Shown: positions 17,150-26,901 of the stretch, in pieces
How the letters are laid out: every line of letters begins with the position of its first letter
How positions within the stretch are numbered: position 1 is the stretch's first letter
NCBI GenBank assembly: GCA_964405285.1
Contig: CAYONK010000001.1
Location: 1-42,412 of the forward strand
Length of the DNA stretch: 42,412 nucleotides
Source of the DNA: an uncultured Ardenticatenaceae bacterium
GTDB taxonomy: Bacteria > Chloroflexota > Anaerolineae > Promineifilales > Promineifilaceae
Direction: 5' to 3'
Translations under genes and position numbers: made by a program
Notes under the pieces: model-generated
What the model saw: the letters and a program-made list of their open reading frames with translations, nothing else
Database searches by the model: none
What the model was told of the DNA's origin: nothing

Positions 17150-18262
17150 TTACAGTTTCACACTTACTCGCAGTTCGTCAACTTTCCTCTCAAGCTGCTG
17201 GAAATAATCGGTTTCGACAATGCTGGCCACTTCGCTGGCAGTTTTACTTTTATCAATTTTAATGTGAAGCTGACGGATTTGTCGCTTCATATCCTCCTGA
17301 CGTAGGCGTGTTTCCTGGGCCATTCTTCCAAAAATGCGACAGAGTTGACTGATTTCATCGTCGCCCGGGGTTGTCTTCAGGTCTTGAATATGTTCAATAG
17401 AAAGCTCATCTGCCTCCATCAGTTGGGCTGCGTCGCTGAGATTGATAATGACTCCAGAAAGGCGTTGCGCGATCATACTGGCATTGACAATGACAAAGAG
17501 CATCGTCAGGATAATCGTAAACGACAGCTTGAACAAGATAAGCCCCTGGTCGCTATTTCCGCCAACCATGTCAGGTTGTACCAAGAAAAGACCCAGCAAA
17601 ATAATGGGCAAACCGGCGGCGCTGAGAAGCAAGAATAACAGCCGGCGCATGAACCTGGAGCGGAACGCTCTAAATGCGTTCATATCAAAATGCTGAAAAT
17701 TGTAGAGCAAGATGGGCAAGAGAAAGACGACGTTGTAAATGTTGCTCCAGACGGCTGGAACAAAGTATTGGGTAAAGACAAAATGCACGTCTAAAACACC
17801 CAAAGCCACCGTCAAGGCGGAGGCCGTCCCCATCCCTAACACGATGGCGGTCATTGCCACAAGGATGGCGTGGAAATAATCGCGGAGAGTATTAAACTCA
17901 GGAATAAAGCGTCTGGCAAAACCTGGGACCATGCCCATGAGTCCGTTGCCGATCTGCCAGGCTAAAAACGTGCCCATAGCAAAGTCAACAAAAGCGTTCC
18001 CCGTCAGGGGGGATACCGGAAAAGAGATGACGCCGGAGAGAAGGTCTCCCATGATGTTGCCAACCATCCCGGTGAAAAAGCCAACCGCCGGACCAAAAAC
18101 AAACCCAAAAAAGATAGGGACAACAACGCCAGGGCGAATATTGACGTCACCAGCTGTGGCCAACGGAAAAATCGTTGTTAGCCAGTTCAACAGCGCATAC
18201 AGGGTCGCGCCGACAAGCGGTATCAACAGGTTCTTGTTGTTTTGAAAATAATGAGTTGTCAT
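17150..18262 (-). CDS. Polytopic membrane protein with HAMP-like domain and C-terminal coiled coil, last gene of the exporter operon
   Basis: About 6 TM helices, with RPGVVVPIFFGFVFGPAVGFFTGMVGNIMGDLL reminiscent of ECF S-components. The HAMP signature is PGDDEISQLCRIFGRMAQE. It starts 15 nt downstream of the ABC gene stop. Confidence 0.6.
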   Translation of the reverse strand: MTTHYFQNNKNLLIPLVGATLYALLNWLTTIFPLATAGDVNIRPGVVVPIFFGFVFGPAVGFFTGMVGNIMGDLLSGVISFPVSPLTGNAFVDFAMGTFLAWQIGNGLMGMVPGFARRFIPEFNTLRDYFHAILVAMTAIVLGMGTASALTVALGVLDVHFVFTQYFVPAVWSNIYNVVFLLPILLYNFQHFDMNAFRAFRSRFMRRLLFLLLSAAGLPIILLGLFLVQPDMVGGNSDQGLILFKLSFTIILTMLFVIVNASMIAQRLSGVIINLSDAAQLMEADELSIEHIQDLKTTPGDDEISQLCRIFGRMAQETRLRQEDMKRQIRQLHIKIDKSKTASEVASIVETDYFQQLERKVDELRVSVKL

Positions 18263-18277
18263 CTCTCTTACTCCGAT

Positions 18278-21253
18278 TTATGCCATTTGCCGTTTTGCCA
18301 GGTCGGCAAATAACCCTTCCACGTTAATTAGTTCGTCGTAGGTTCCTTGTTGGACAACACGGCCGTTTTGCAACACAAAAATCTTATCCGCCCCCTTGAT
18401 AGTGCTGAGCCGATGGGCGATGACCACCCGCGTCGCTTGCAGATCTTCCAGGCTGCGGCTGACAACAGCCTGGGTGTGGTTGTCCAGGGCGCTGGTCGCC
18501 TCATCAAAGAACAGGATGCGCGGCCGGTTGACAATGGCGCGGGCGATGAGCAGGCGCTGCCGTTGCCCGCCAGACAACGTGCCGCCGCCGTTGCTGATGA
18601 TGGTGTGCAGCCCCATCGGCATTTTCTGAATATCTTCGGCCAACCCGGCCATGACGGCCGCACGCCAGGCATCTTCCACGGTCAAGGGTAAGGAGCCGAC
18701 AATGTTGGTGAAGAGATCGCCGGCCATCAATTTGCCATTTTGCAAGACGACGCCCATTTGCCGCCGCACTTCGCGGACATCCAGGCTGTCCAGATCGCGG
18801 CCGTCGTAATAGATGCTGCCCGACAAGGGTTGCTCGAAGCCCAGCAGCAGCCGGAAGAGGGTGGATTTGCCCGAACCGGAAGCGCCGACCAGAGCTACAA
18901 ATTCGCCCGGTTTGATCGCCAACGAAACATCCTTGAGGATCATCGGGCCATCCTGGCTGTAACGGAAAGAGACGTGGGACACTTCAATGCTGCCGACCAG
19001 TTCGCCAGGATGTTCTTTGAGAGCGTCCACTTCTGGCATGGCTTGCAGCACCGGGCGGGCGCGTTCATACATGGGGATGATGTTGAGGATGGTCAAGAAG
19101 GCGCCGCTTAGGGTGAGAACGGCCGTCATAAATTGAATAAACGCCGTGTTGAATGCCAGGAATTGACCGATAGTGAATACTTCGCGCCCGGATAAAACAA
19201 CGACGGCAAAGATCGCCATGGCCGTGATGACTTGATAGCCGGCGTTAAACACTTGCAGATTATTAGATATATCACGTGCCTGGTAGCTGGCCTGCCGGGC
19301 GTGGCTAAACTCGGCCGCCCAGGTGGCAAAGGCGCGCCCTTCGGCGGCGGCGGCGCGGAATTTGGCGATCCCTTCAATCGCCTGCAAAAGAATACCCGAC
19401 AACTTACCTTGCAGGTGGACCAGTTGGCGGTAGTATCCCATCTGGCGATACCCGGCAAAAACCATCACCGCGACGGAAAGCGCCACCAACCCGGTCGCCG
19501 TCCAGGCCAGGCCGCTGTGGTAGTAAAAGAGCAAGAAGAAGCTGAACACCGAGAAAATACCGGCCAGCATGGCGCTCATCACCGTACCAGAGAGAATTTG
19601 TTGGATGCGGCGAATGCCTAAGACACGGTTACCCAAATCGCCTGAAGTGTAATCGCGGAAAAAGGAGACAGGCAGGCTGAGTACGCGCTGCCAGATAGCC
19701 GCTTCTAAATCAGCGCCCATGCGTTCTTGCAGCCGGAGTAGAGCCAGGTTTTGCACGACCTGAAACAGGGCCATTGCCAGGACAACGATGATCAATGAGA
19801 AGCCGAGTTGGAGGAGCGGCAAACGGCCGTTCTGCGGGATGATCTGGTCGAAAATGATAGCGGTTGTAATGGGGATGAGCATCCCCAAGATGCCGATGGC
19901 GATACCCGCAAATAAAATGAGGCGCAGGTCCATTGTGTCGCCTGCCAGACCAAATTTGATCAGCTCCCAGGCGCCAACTGGCTTGTTGGGTAGGGAGCGG
20001 TAAAACATGTAGGCAAATGGCTTCATGGTTTCGGCGACTTCGGCAGTCAACGCTTGTTGCTGCCGCGTGGCCGGATCGTGGAGTTGGTAGCCTCGTTTGT
20101 AGGGCATGAGGACGATGGGCTGCCCTGTTTCCTCCCAGAATCCCAGCAGTGGGCCGTTGTCTTGTTGCCACCATTCCCCCTTCAAAACCACCTGGCGCGT
20201 CTGCACGCGCGAAGCGCGAACGATATCCGCCAGGGAGAGGGCCTTATTTTGCTGCGCTTTTTTCGGAGGGGCAACGATGTCCATGCCCAGGCGCTGCCCA
20301 ATCATCTGGCAGGCTTGTAACAGGGGGTTGTCTTCGGGGGAAACGGCCGTTAACGGCGCGGCCGGCGACACAAAAGGGACAGCCAGGCGGGTCAGCGCCT
20401 CATTGATAATGGCTTGATCAGAAGCCTGTTTGGCATACAGGCGACCTAACTGCTGCCGTCGCGTTTGCTCCAGCCATTGGGCGATGTTCTGCAACATGTG
20501 ACGGTGAAAATCCGCCAGGTCCGGCCAGGGAACCGTTTGCGCCAGGAAGGTGTGGGTATCAATGAGATCGATCTGGCTATTTTCGGCTGTTTGAATCCAG
20601 GCGCGTTCCGAAATAGGCCAGCGCACTTTGCCATTGAGCAGCGGCAATTGATTCACGCCAATAAACCGGGAATGCCCATAATCGTGCCGCACCCACAACA
20701 CACCACGCCGCGCACAGACGTTGCTGGCTTCTTCAATGTAAATCGCCGGACCAGCCTCCAGACGACGACAATCTTTAGGTGGGAGGCTGTCCAAAAGGCA
20801 GGCCGAAAGTTGCCGTACCCAGTTATCGAGCAGCGCAGTTACCGGCTGCCGAAAATCATGATCTTGAGACAGGCGATACAGCCGATCAGTCGAGAGGCGT
20901 AGCAGCCGTGCCTGTTTGCCCCCCACCAACAGCAGCCCGACCTGACACTGTTCCGCACGCAAATCCATGCCAAAGACAGCCTGCCCTGCCTCCACCCGGA
21001 ACAGATGCGTTCTACTCCCGGCGACTTCGCCATTCTCCAATGAAACGGCAAATACGTCAGCCCATCCTGTATAGACAACCCAGCAATGCGCAAGGTCGTC
21101 TAAAAGGATTGGTTTGTTGCTACCGCTCTCGACCATTTGCGCTTCTTTATAACGTAAATGCAGCAGGAACAACTCTTCCACCGGCATCTCTTCGGCTGGT
21201 TCTACTATTGGGTCGTCTGGTTGACCGTGCGCTGGTAATTGTCGTGTTTTCAT
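18278..21253 (-). CDS. RiPP/bacteriocin export ABC transporter permease-ATPase with N-terminal cyclic-nucleotide-binding-like domain (NHLP/NHLM ABC2 type)
   Basis: 991 aa. Walker A GASGSGKST, signature LSGGQRQR and Walker B ILFFDEATSALD. Six-TM ABC membrane domain. About 400 aa of N-terminal extension and no C39 domain. ATGA overlap with the upstream ABC gene. Confidence 0.85.
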   Translation of the reverse strand: MKTRQLPAHGQPDDPIVEPAEEMPVEELFLLHLRYKEAQMVESGSNKPILLDDLAHCWVVYTGWADVFAVSLENGEVAGSRTHLFRVEAGQAVFGMDLRAEQCQVGLLLVGGKQARLLRLSTDRLYRLSQDHDFRQPVTALLDNWVRQLSACLLDSLPPKDCRRLEAGPAIYIEEASNVCARRGVLWVRHDYGHSRFIGVNQLPLLNGKVRWPISERAWIQTAENSQIDLIDTHTFLAQTVPWPDLADFHRHMLQNIAQWLEQTRRQQLGRLYAKQASDQAIINEALTRLAVPFVSPAAPLTAVSPEDNPLLQACQMIGQRLGMDIVAPPKKAQQNKALSLADIVRASRVQTRQVVLKGEWWQQDNGPLLGFWEETGQPIVLMPYKRGYQLHDPATRQQQALTAEVAETMKPFAYMFYRSLPNKPVGAWELIKFGLAGDTMDLRLILFAGIAIGILGMLIPITTAIIFDQIIPQNGRLPLLQLGFSLIIVVLAMALFQVVQNLALLRLQERMGADLEAAIWQRVLSLPVSFFRDYTSGDLGNRVLGIRRIQQILSGTVMSAMLAGIFSVFSFFLLFYYHSGLAWTATGLVALSVAVMVFAGYRQMGYYRQLVHLQGKLSGILLQAIEGIAKFRAAAAEGRAFATWAAEFSHARQASYQARDISNNLQVFNAGYQVITAMAIFAVVVLSGREVFTIGQFLAFNTAFIQFMTAVLTLSGAFLTILNIIPMYERARPVLQAMPEVDALKEHPGELVGSIEVSHVSFRYSQDGPMILKDVSLAIKPGEFVALVGASGSGKSTLFRLLLGFEQPLSGSIYYDGRDLDSLDVREVRRQMGVVLQNGKLMAGDLFTNIVGSLPLTVEDAWRAAVMAGLAEDIQKMPMGLHTIISNGGGTLSGGQRQRLLIARAIVNRPRILFFDEATSALDNHTQAVVSRSLEDLQATRVVIAHRLSTIKGADKIFVLQNGRVVQQGTYDELINVEGLFADLAKRQMA

Positions 21254-23523
21254 ACGTACAACTTCTCCAATATCGAGTCAAGCAGTCGCTCTGATTCAGG
21301 CGTTTCGGCTTTAATGAGGCGGGTATATTCCCCACCACGACGCCACAGTTCTTCATGTGTGCCACGTTCGACCACCTGGCCGTTGTTCAAGACGATGATC
21401 TCGTCACAGTCACGGATGGTACTCAGCCGATGGGCGACAATCAGGCAGGTGCAGCCGCGACGGCGCAAGTTGTCATCAATCAGTTTCTCGGTGATGGGAT
21501 CGAGAGCGCTGGTGGCTTCGTCGAGAATCAAGATAGATGGGTCGCTGATCAGCGACCGCGCGATTTCCAGGCGCTGCCGCTGCCCACCGCTGAAGTTACG
21601 TCCCTCTTCCTCGACCATGTGATCGTACCCGGCGGCCTGGCTGGTGATCTCATCGTGAATATGGGCATCTTTAGCGGCGCGGATGATCGTCTCTTCCGGA
21701 ATTTGCCGATCCCACATGGTGAGATTGTCGCGGATGCTCCCTTCAAAGAGGAAAATGTCCTGATCGACAATGCGCAACGAATGGCTGACGACCACACGCG
21801 GAAATTCTTCGCGCTCACGGCCGTCAAAGAGAATTTGTCCATCCCAGGGACGGTAAAGACCGGCGACCAGGCGGGCAATGGTAGATTTGCCGCTGCCACT
21901 ACCACCAACCAGGGCCACGCGCATCCCCGGTTGTAAAGAGAGGTTGAAATTCTGGATCAGAGGGGCAGCCAGGCGGCTGTAGCCAAAGGTCAGGCTACGG
22001 ATTTCGAGCTGCCCCATCAGTTTTTGTAGGGAGTGGTCGGCGTCTTCCAGGAAGGTGTCGTCCGCCAAATCCACTCGCGGGTCCGGCTCATAATTGGTCA
22101 CGTCGTTCAGGCGGCGGACAATGCCATCTACTTCTTGCAACTGTGTACCCAATTGCACGACCTGGTTCACCGGCGCCAAAAAACTGGACATCAACGTTTG
22201 AAAAGCGACCAGGATGCCAACGCTCATTTGCCCATTGAGGATCAACGACGCGCCAACGATGAGAATGACGACGGTGGTGATCTGGCTGAGCAAGAAGGGG
22301 ACGACGTTGATGATCTGGGTGGTGGCCCCTAGCTCCTGGTTGGCGTTGAAAACTTTGGCCTGATACCCAGACCAGGTGGCGAAAGAATCAGCCTCGCGCC
22401 CGGTTGATTTGATCGTCTCGATTTGGGACAGGCTGTTGAAGGTGGTGGAGAGCAATTTGCCATGTTCTTGAACCAGACGTTGGTTAACATCTTTGCGGCG
22501 ACGCGCCACCATGCGCAGGGCCAGGAAGTTGAGGGCGGCCATCCCGATGCCGATGAGGGTTAGGGTGACGCTGTAATGAAACATGAGGATGGCATAGAAG
22601 AAGATCAGCACGCCGTTAAGCAAGGTGGTTGCCAGTTCGCCGGAGAGGAGTTCGGCGACGCGGTCGTTTTGTTCGATACGGGCGCTGATGTCGCCTGCGC
22701 CACGCTGGCTGAAGAATTCAATGGGCAGACGCAGGATATGCCAGGTGAGGCGGCTGGCATTGGACAGGGCCAGCCGCGTTTCTAGGCGCAGTAGATAGCG
22801 CTGTTGCATCCAGGTGAGGATGGAGCGCAACACGGCCGTTAACGCCATTCCGCCCAACAAAGGAACCATCCACTCTGTGCGACCGCCCACCAGGTAATAA
22901 TCCACAAAGACCTGGGAAAAAGCGGGGATCAGTAGGCCGGGAATGACCAGGACCAGGCTGACCAACACAACGAAGGCCAGAGCCATTTCCACCCCTGCCA
23001 GCCGGGGCAGCAAGGCGGCTGCCAGGCTTGGCTTTTTGCCCTGCGGTTGAAAACCCTCTCCTTTGCTAAAGGTCAAGACCACGCCAGTGAACGCTTCATC
23101 TAGCTCCTGGGCCGACACTGTGCGCGGGCCGGTTGCCGGATCGTTCAGGTACACCGTATCCTTGTAAAAGCCTTCGAGGACGACAAAATGATTGAAGTTC
23201 CAGTGGATGATGGCGGGCAAGGGTACGTCGCGCAGACCGGCCGGCTCTTGCCGGTATCCTTTGGCTGTCAGGCCATAGGTGCGCGCTGCTTTGACCATGT
23301 TGCTGGCTTTGCTGCCATCTCGGTTCACGCCGCAGGCCGCGCGCAGCTCTTCCAGGGGGATGTGGCTGCCATGATAGGCGAGGATGCTGCCCAAAGCGGC
23401 CGCGCCACATTCGACCATTTCCATCTGCAATACCGTGGGTGTTTTGGCGCGATGTCGCCCAAGCAGGTATTTTTTCAGTTCCGGCCACGCCTTTTTTGCT
23501 CTCTCGATCCGGTTTTCGTTCAT
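21250..23523 (-). CDS. Bacteriocin/lanthipeptide export ABC transporter with N-terminal C39 double-glycine peptidase domain (LanT/NHLM ABC1 type)
   Basis: C39 catalytic Cys context LQMEMVECGAAALGSILAYHG and His context IIHWNFNHFVVLEG. Walker A GGSGSGKST, signature FSGGQRQR and Walker B LILDEATSALD. Confidence 0.9.
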   Translation of the reverse strand: MNENRIERAKKAWPELKKYLLGRHRAKTPTVLQMEMVECGAAALGSILAYHGSHIPLEELRAACGVNRDGSKASNMVKAARTYGLTAKGYRQEPAGLRDVPLPAIIHWNFNHFVVLEGFYKDTVYLNDPATGPRTVSAQELDEAFTGVVLTFSKGEGFQPQGKKPSLAAALLPRLAGVEMALAFVVLVSLVLVIPGLLIPAFSQVFVDYYLVGGRTEWMVPLLGGMALTAVLRSILTWMQQRYLLRLETRLALSNASRLTWHILRLPIEFFSQRGAGDISARIEQNDRVAELLSGELATTLLNGVLIFFYAILMFHYSVTLTLIGIGMAALNFLALRMVARRRKDVNQRLVQEHGKLLSTTFNSLSQIETIKSTGREADSFATWSGYQAKVFNANQELGATTQIINVVPFLLSQITTVVILIVGASLILNGQMSVGILVAFQTLMSSFLAPVNQVVQLGTQLQEVDGIVRRLNDVTNYEPDPRVDLADDTFLEDADHSLQKLMGQLEIRSLTFGYSRLAAPLIQNFNLSLQPGMRVALVGGSGSGKSTIARLVAGLYRPWDGQILFDGREREEFPRVVVSHSLRIVDQDIFLFEGSIRDNLTMWDRQIPEETIIRAAKDAHIHDEITSQAAGYDHMVEEEGRNFSGGQRQRLEIARSLISDPSILILDEATSALDPITEKLIDDNLRRRGCTCLIVAHRLSTIRDCDEIIVLNNGQVVERGTHEELWRRGGEYTRLIKAETPESERLLDSILEKLYV

Positions 23524-23580
23524 GGAATCACTTGCCTTTGGGCTTGTTTGCTTGCCTGCGGCCCTGCTATTAAGCCGAGG

Positions 23581-24369
23581 CTAACGAAGAGGCAGCACCA
23601 ATTCAATGGGGCGCTGTGCCCCGATCTGGATGGTGGCGGAAGCCAATGTACCGATGAGGCCGGGCGATAGTTGGGTAATGGCCGTATCCGTCTCGATCAG
23701 CACGCGCACCTCAATCGGGTTATCCGGTAGCGCCAGATTGTGGGCGAGTGCCTCGCTGCCCAACAAGTGGGTTATTTGCTGTCTGGAGACGGGGTATTGG
23801 CTAACGGCCGTTACCACACCAGACATAGGAGCAACGCTAGTCGTGGCAACAGGCTCAATTGCCACTGGCATACCGACCTGGAGTTGGCGAGCGGCGACCG
23901 GCGATAGGTAGAGGACCGCTTCCAGGCTCTCGCCTGTCCCGGTGGATTGTAGACTGGCCAGGGAGTCGCCGCTGCGCAGGAGTTGGCCTACGTCTGTGTT
24001 TAGCTGCAAGATGCGGCCGTTGTGCAAACTGCGTACCGGCACGGGCGCGCTCTTGCCCAGAGGCAGAATCTCAGCCACGATCTGGTTTGTGGCGACGCTC
24101 TCTCCGGCGGCGACGTGCCAGGCATAAAGCTGTCCTTGTTCAGCCACGATGACGTTTTTGATGCCTCCTGTGGGGATCAAAGCGGCCGTCGCCGTTTGTT
24201 GCAAGGGAATTTGACCGAAGATGGCCCAATAAACGGCCGTTGCCACCAGCAGCGCCAAGGCCAGAAAAGCGAGCCAGCTACGGGGGCTGGTCACTTGCAT
24301 GAGTAGATCAAGCTGCTCAGGGGATGAAAGACGGTCAAGGGAAACTTTACGAAAAATCGAAGAAGTCAT
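23581..24369 (-). CDS. HlyD-family membrane-fusion/secretion protein (short NHLP-system type)
   Basis: 262 aa. N-terminal LSSPEQLD motif, a TM segment (WLAFLALALLVATAVYWAIF), then a beta-barrel-like region. Adjacent to the two ABC genes. Confidence 0.75.
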   Translation of the reverse strand: MTSSIFRKVSLDRLSSPEQLDLLMQVTSPRSWLAFLALALLVATAVYWAIFGQIPLQQTATAALIPTGGIKNVIVAEQGQLYAWHVAAGESVATNQIVAEILPLGKSAPVPVRSLHNGRILQLNTDVGQLLRSGDSLASLQSTGTGESLEAVLYLSPVAARQLQVGMPVAIEPVATTSVAPMSGVVTAVSQYPVSRQQITHLLGSEALAHNLALPDNPIEVRVLIETDTAITQLSPGLIGTLASATIQIGAQRPIELVLPLR

Positions 24370-24379
24370 ACGGTCCTCC

Positions 24380-25546
24380 TCACATCATAACCGGCGTTAG
24401 CGGCGTCTCGTTGGTCGTTGCCTCTATGCGCTCGGTTGCCGACAAAATGACTATTCTCCAGGCACGAACTTTCTCTGCCAGACGCTTTTCCCCGTCGCTG
24501 GCGGCCAGATCGGACAGGCTCGTGCCTGCCAGCGCGCAGAGTGCGGCTCCCCGGCCGACCTCGTCCCGATCCTGCCCGGCTAATGCGCGGTCGAATCGTT
24601 CCAGGTTGTAAACGGCCGTGACAACGATGTCCATGATCTGGAAAAATGCCGGGTCCTGTCGCAGCGATGGGTCCAGGTAATTTTCCAGCCGCCCCCCTGT
24701 CCGGTAGGATGGGTATGTTTCTAAACCCATAAAACGCAGCGCCCAATCGGCGCGGTAATGCCCGATGGCGGCGACGATGCCCGCGTAGTCAGCCAGTAAT
24801 TCGTCGTGCAGGTGTCGGCGAATAACGCCAAAGACTCGTTTGGTGAAGTAGTGGGCACACTCATGCTCAAGCCGTATCGTTAAGGAGAGTGAGTGCCACT
24901 CGTCTGCTGCCAACCCAAGCGAAGCGGCGGTCACGTTGCTGTAAGCCCCCTGGCTAAGGATGATGAAGCGGTCCTGATAAAGGTGCTTTTGGGGGATGAG
25001 TTCCTGAAAGGCGTGCGGCCAATCTTGGGATGTGCGGCGGGGATCGGCCGCCAACCATTGGCGGCGATAGGCGCGAACGCGATCCCAATTGTTGTATCCG
25101 GCGATCATGCAAGCGCCCATGGAATCGGGGATGGGGGATGGTTCGTTGTGTTTGGCCAGAGCTTGCACCAGAGCGCAAAAATCGGCGCGGGTGGCCGGGA
25201 TCAGTACCGGCACGGCGCCGGCGATGCTTTGGTGAATGTGTAACTGGAGGGCGTCCGGTTGTTGGAGCAGTAGGCCGCTCAGACCGGCCCATCCAGAAGT
25301 ATCTACCCCTTGTTTGGTCGCGGCGCGGTAAACGGCCGTTTGGCTGATACCCTGGTGAATGGGAAACTGCAACTGCACCAATCGCGCCTGCAGCGCTTCC
25401 CAGGCGCTACGGTGTACCGCTTCCGCCTGGTACTCCTGCCAGGTCGCTACATGATGTTCTGGCGGCAAGGGCAAACGACCATATCGCCAATTAAGGGAAG
25501 CGGGTGTATGTTGGGAAATTGGTGCGTCAACATATGCTGCGATCAT
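24380..25546 (-). CDS. Hypothetical protein with HExxH(+E) gluzincin-like motif; putative metallopeptidase
   Basis: LEHECAHYFTKRVFGVIRRHLHDELLADY carries HECAH, with a Glu 17 residues after the second His. The gene sits between the GT and the HlyD gene in the same orientation, 10 nt from the HlyD start. Confidence 0.5.
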   Translation of the reverse strand: MIAAYVDAPISQHTPASLNWRYGRLPLPPEHHVATWQEYQAEAVHRSAWEALQARLVQLQFPIHQGISQTAVYRAATKQGVDTSGWAGLSGLLLQQPDALQLHIHQSIAGAVPVLIPATRADFCALVQALAKHNEPSPIPDSMGACMIAGYNNWDRVRAYRRQWLAADPRRTSQDWPHAFQELIPQKHLYQDRFIILSQGAYSNVTAASLGLAADEWHSLSLTIRLEHECAHYFTKRVFGVIRRHLHDELLADYAGIVAAIGHYRADWALRFMGLETYPSYRTGGRLENYLDPSLRQDPAFFQIMDIVVTAVYNLERFDRALAGQDRDEVGRGAALCALAGTSLSDLAASDGEKRLAEKVRAWRIVILSATERIEATTNETPLTPVMM

Positions 25547-25639
25547 GATGCCTTCCTGTGAAAGTCTTACTTCGAGTCTAGCTTCAATCCAGGACCAACA
25601 CCATATGGGGGTAGTTACATTTCGCCTATGACTTTGACT

Positions 25640-26896
25640 CTACGTTACCCACGATAACTGTAATGGTTCTGTTTGCCGTACTACCGGGGCCTGCTTCAGC
25701 GCCAACGTCTCCAACAGGGAGGCTGCGCGTTCCGCGCCCTTATAACGCGCAAGCGCCTGTTGTACACAACGCGCGTTTTGTTTGAGGTTACCGTCATAAA
25801 GCATTGCCCTGACGGCCTCTTTAAGATTTATTGGGGTCACTTCATTGGCAGGTATACAGTGGGCAACCCCTGCTTGCCCACACACTTTAGCCACATCGTA
25901 GCTTTCGCTGGCCGTAACAATGATCACCATGGGCAACCCATGCGATAAGGTGTTGAGCATAATACTTGTCGTCCCATTCGTGATCACGCCAGCAGCGTAA
26001 GGAAGAATAGCCTGGTGTGGGATATGTTGGCTCACAAAGAAGTTGTCCGGCAAATTGCTCTGCGTTATTTCAGGATCATTGGTTGACACAGCCACCGCAA
26101 CAGGCTCCTGTCTGAACGCCTCTAAGAAAACGGGCCAAAAATCAGGTATGCCATTCAATGTCTCCCCATCCTGTTTGAAAGGCTTTGACCAGCGGTTGTT
26201 GTGTTGTACATAGATGATAGGCTTCTGAGATGCGGTTACGCTATTTAGCCAGTCCAACAAAGGTCTCTCGGGGGAAATGGGCGATTTCCACAAACAGCCA
26301 CCAACCAGATGCACTTTGTCGGGAAGTGTTTCGATATCTTTTTGTAGTTCTGGCACACTACGTAGGAGAAACAGGTCTCCCAATAAGGCTGACTGGGGAT
26401 AAGCGCTTTGCTCTAATGGTGGCCTCTCACCTGTTGAGTACAGGCAGGCCAAACGGTATGTCTTCCAAAGGCCGTCATACCGTTTGGCCTCCCAGCTTTC
26501 AGAGTGCAAGCCCTCAATGCCGTTAATGGTTGGCCAGGGGTACGTCGCTAACCCCAAAACCGCGACCGGGATGTGGTGCTTTTGGGCGATAATAAGAGGC
26601 CCTATCGCCAACGCCGAAGTAACTATGACATCTGGCTCAAATGTGTTCACGGCAGCCGTGACGTAATCTGCTTGCTTGCGAATACCTTGTAGATCCATCC
26701 ATTGCGATACAGCAAAGATGTCATGGGCCTGGTCATTCGTGGGGATATATGAATACCCCGATTGCTCCAGTGTCGCTGCAAAAGAAGGGCCGGTGGTAAA
26801 GGCAACTTCATGGCCTCTGCTTTGTATTTCAGAGGCAACGGCCATGGCTGGGTAAACATAGCCTTCGCTTGCCAGAACGCAAAATAGATAACGCAT
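25640..26896 (-). CDS. GT-B fold glycosyltransferase, GT1/MGT (macrolide-glycosyltransferase-like) family
   Basis: MRYLFCVLASEGYVYPAMAVASEIQSRGHEVAFTT is a typical GT1/GT28 N-terminal acceptor domain. The C-terminal donor region reads GGC..., ITNGTTSIMLNTLSHGLPMVII. The gene starts 5 nt after the lanM stop. Confidence 0.8.
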   Translation of the reverse strand: MRYLFCVLASEGYVYPAMAVASEIQSRGHEVAFTTGPSFAATLEQSGYSYIPTNDQAHDIFAVSQWMDLQGIRKQADYVTAAVNTFEPDVIVTSALAIGPLIIAQKHHIPVAVLGLATYPWPTINGIEGLHSESWEAKRYDGLWKTYRLACLYSTGERPPLEQSAYPQSALLGDLFLLRSVPELQKDIETLPDKVHLVGGCLWKSPISPERPLLDWLNSVTASQKPIIYVQHNNRWSKPFKQDGETLNGIPDFWPVFLEAFRQEPVAVAVSTNDPEITQSNLPDNFFVSQHIPHQAILPYAAGVITNGTTSIMLNTLSHGLPMVIIVTASESYDVAKVCGQAGVAHCIPANEVTPINLKEAVRAMLYDGNLKQNARCVQQALARYKGAERAASLLETLALKQAPVVRQTEPLQLSWVT

Positions 26897-26901
26897 TTGC
26901 T

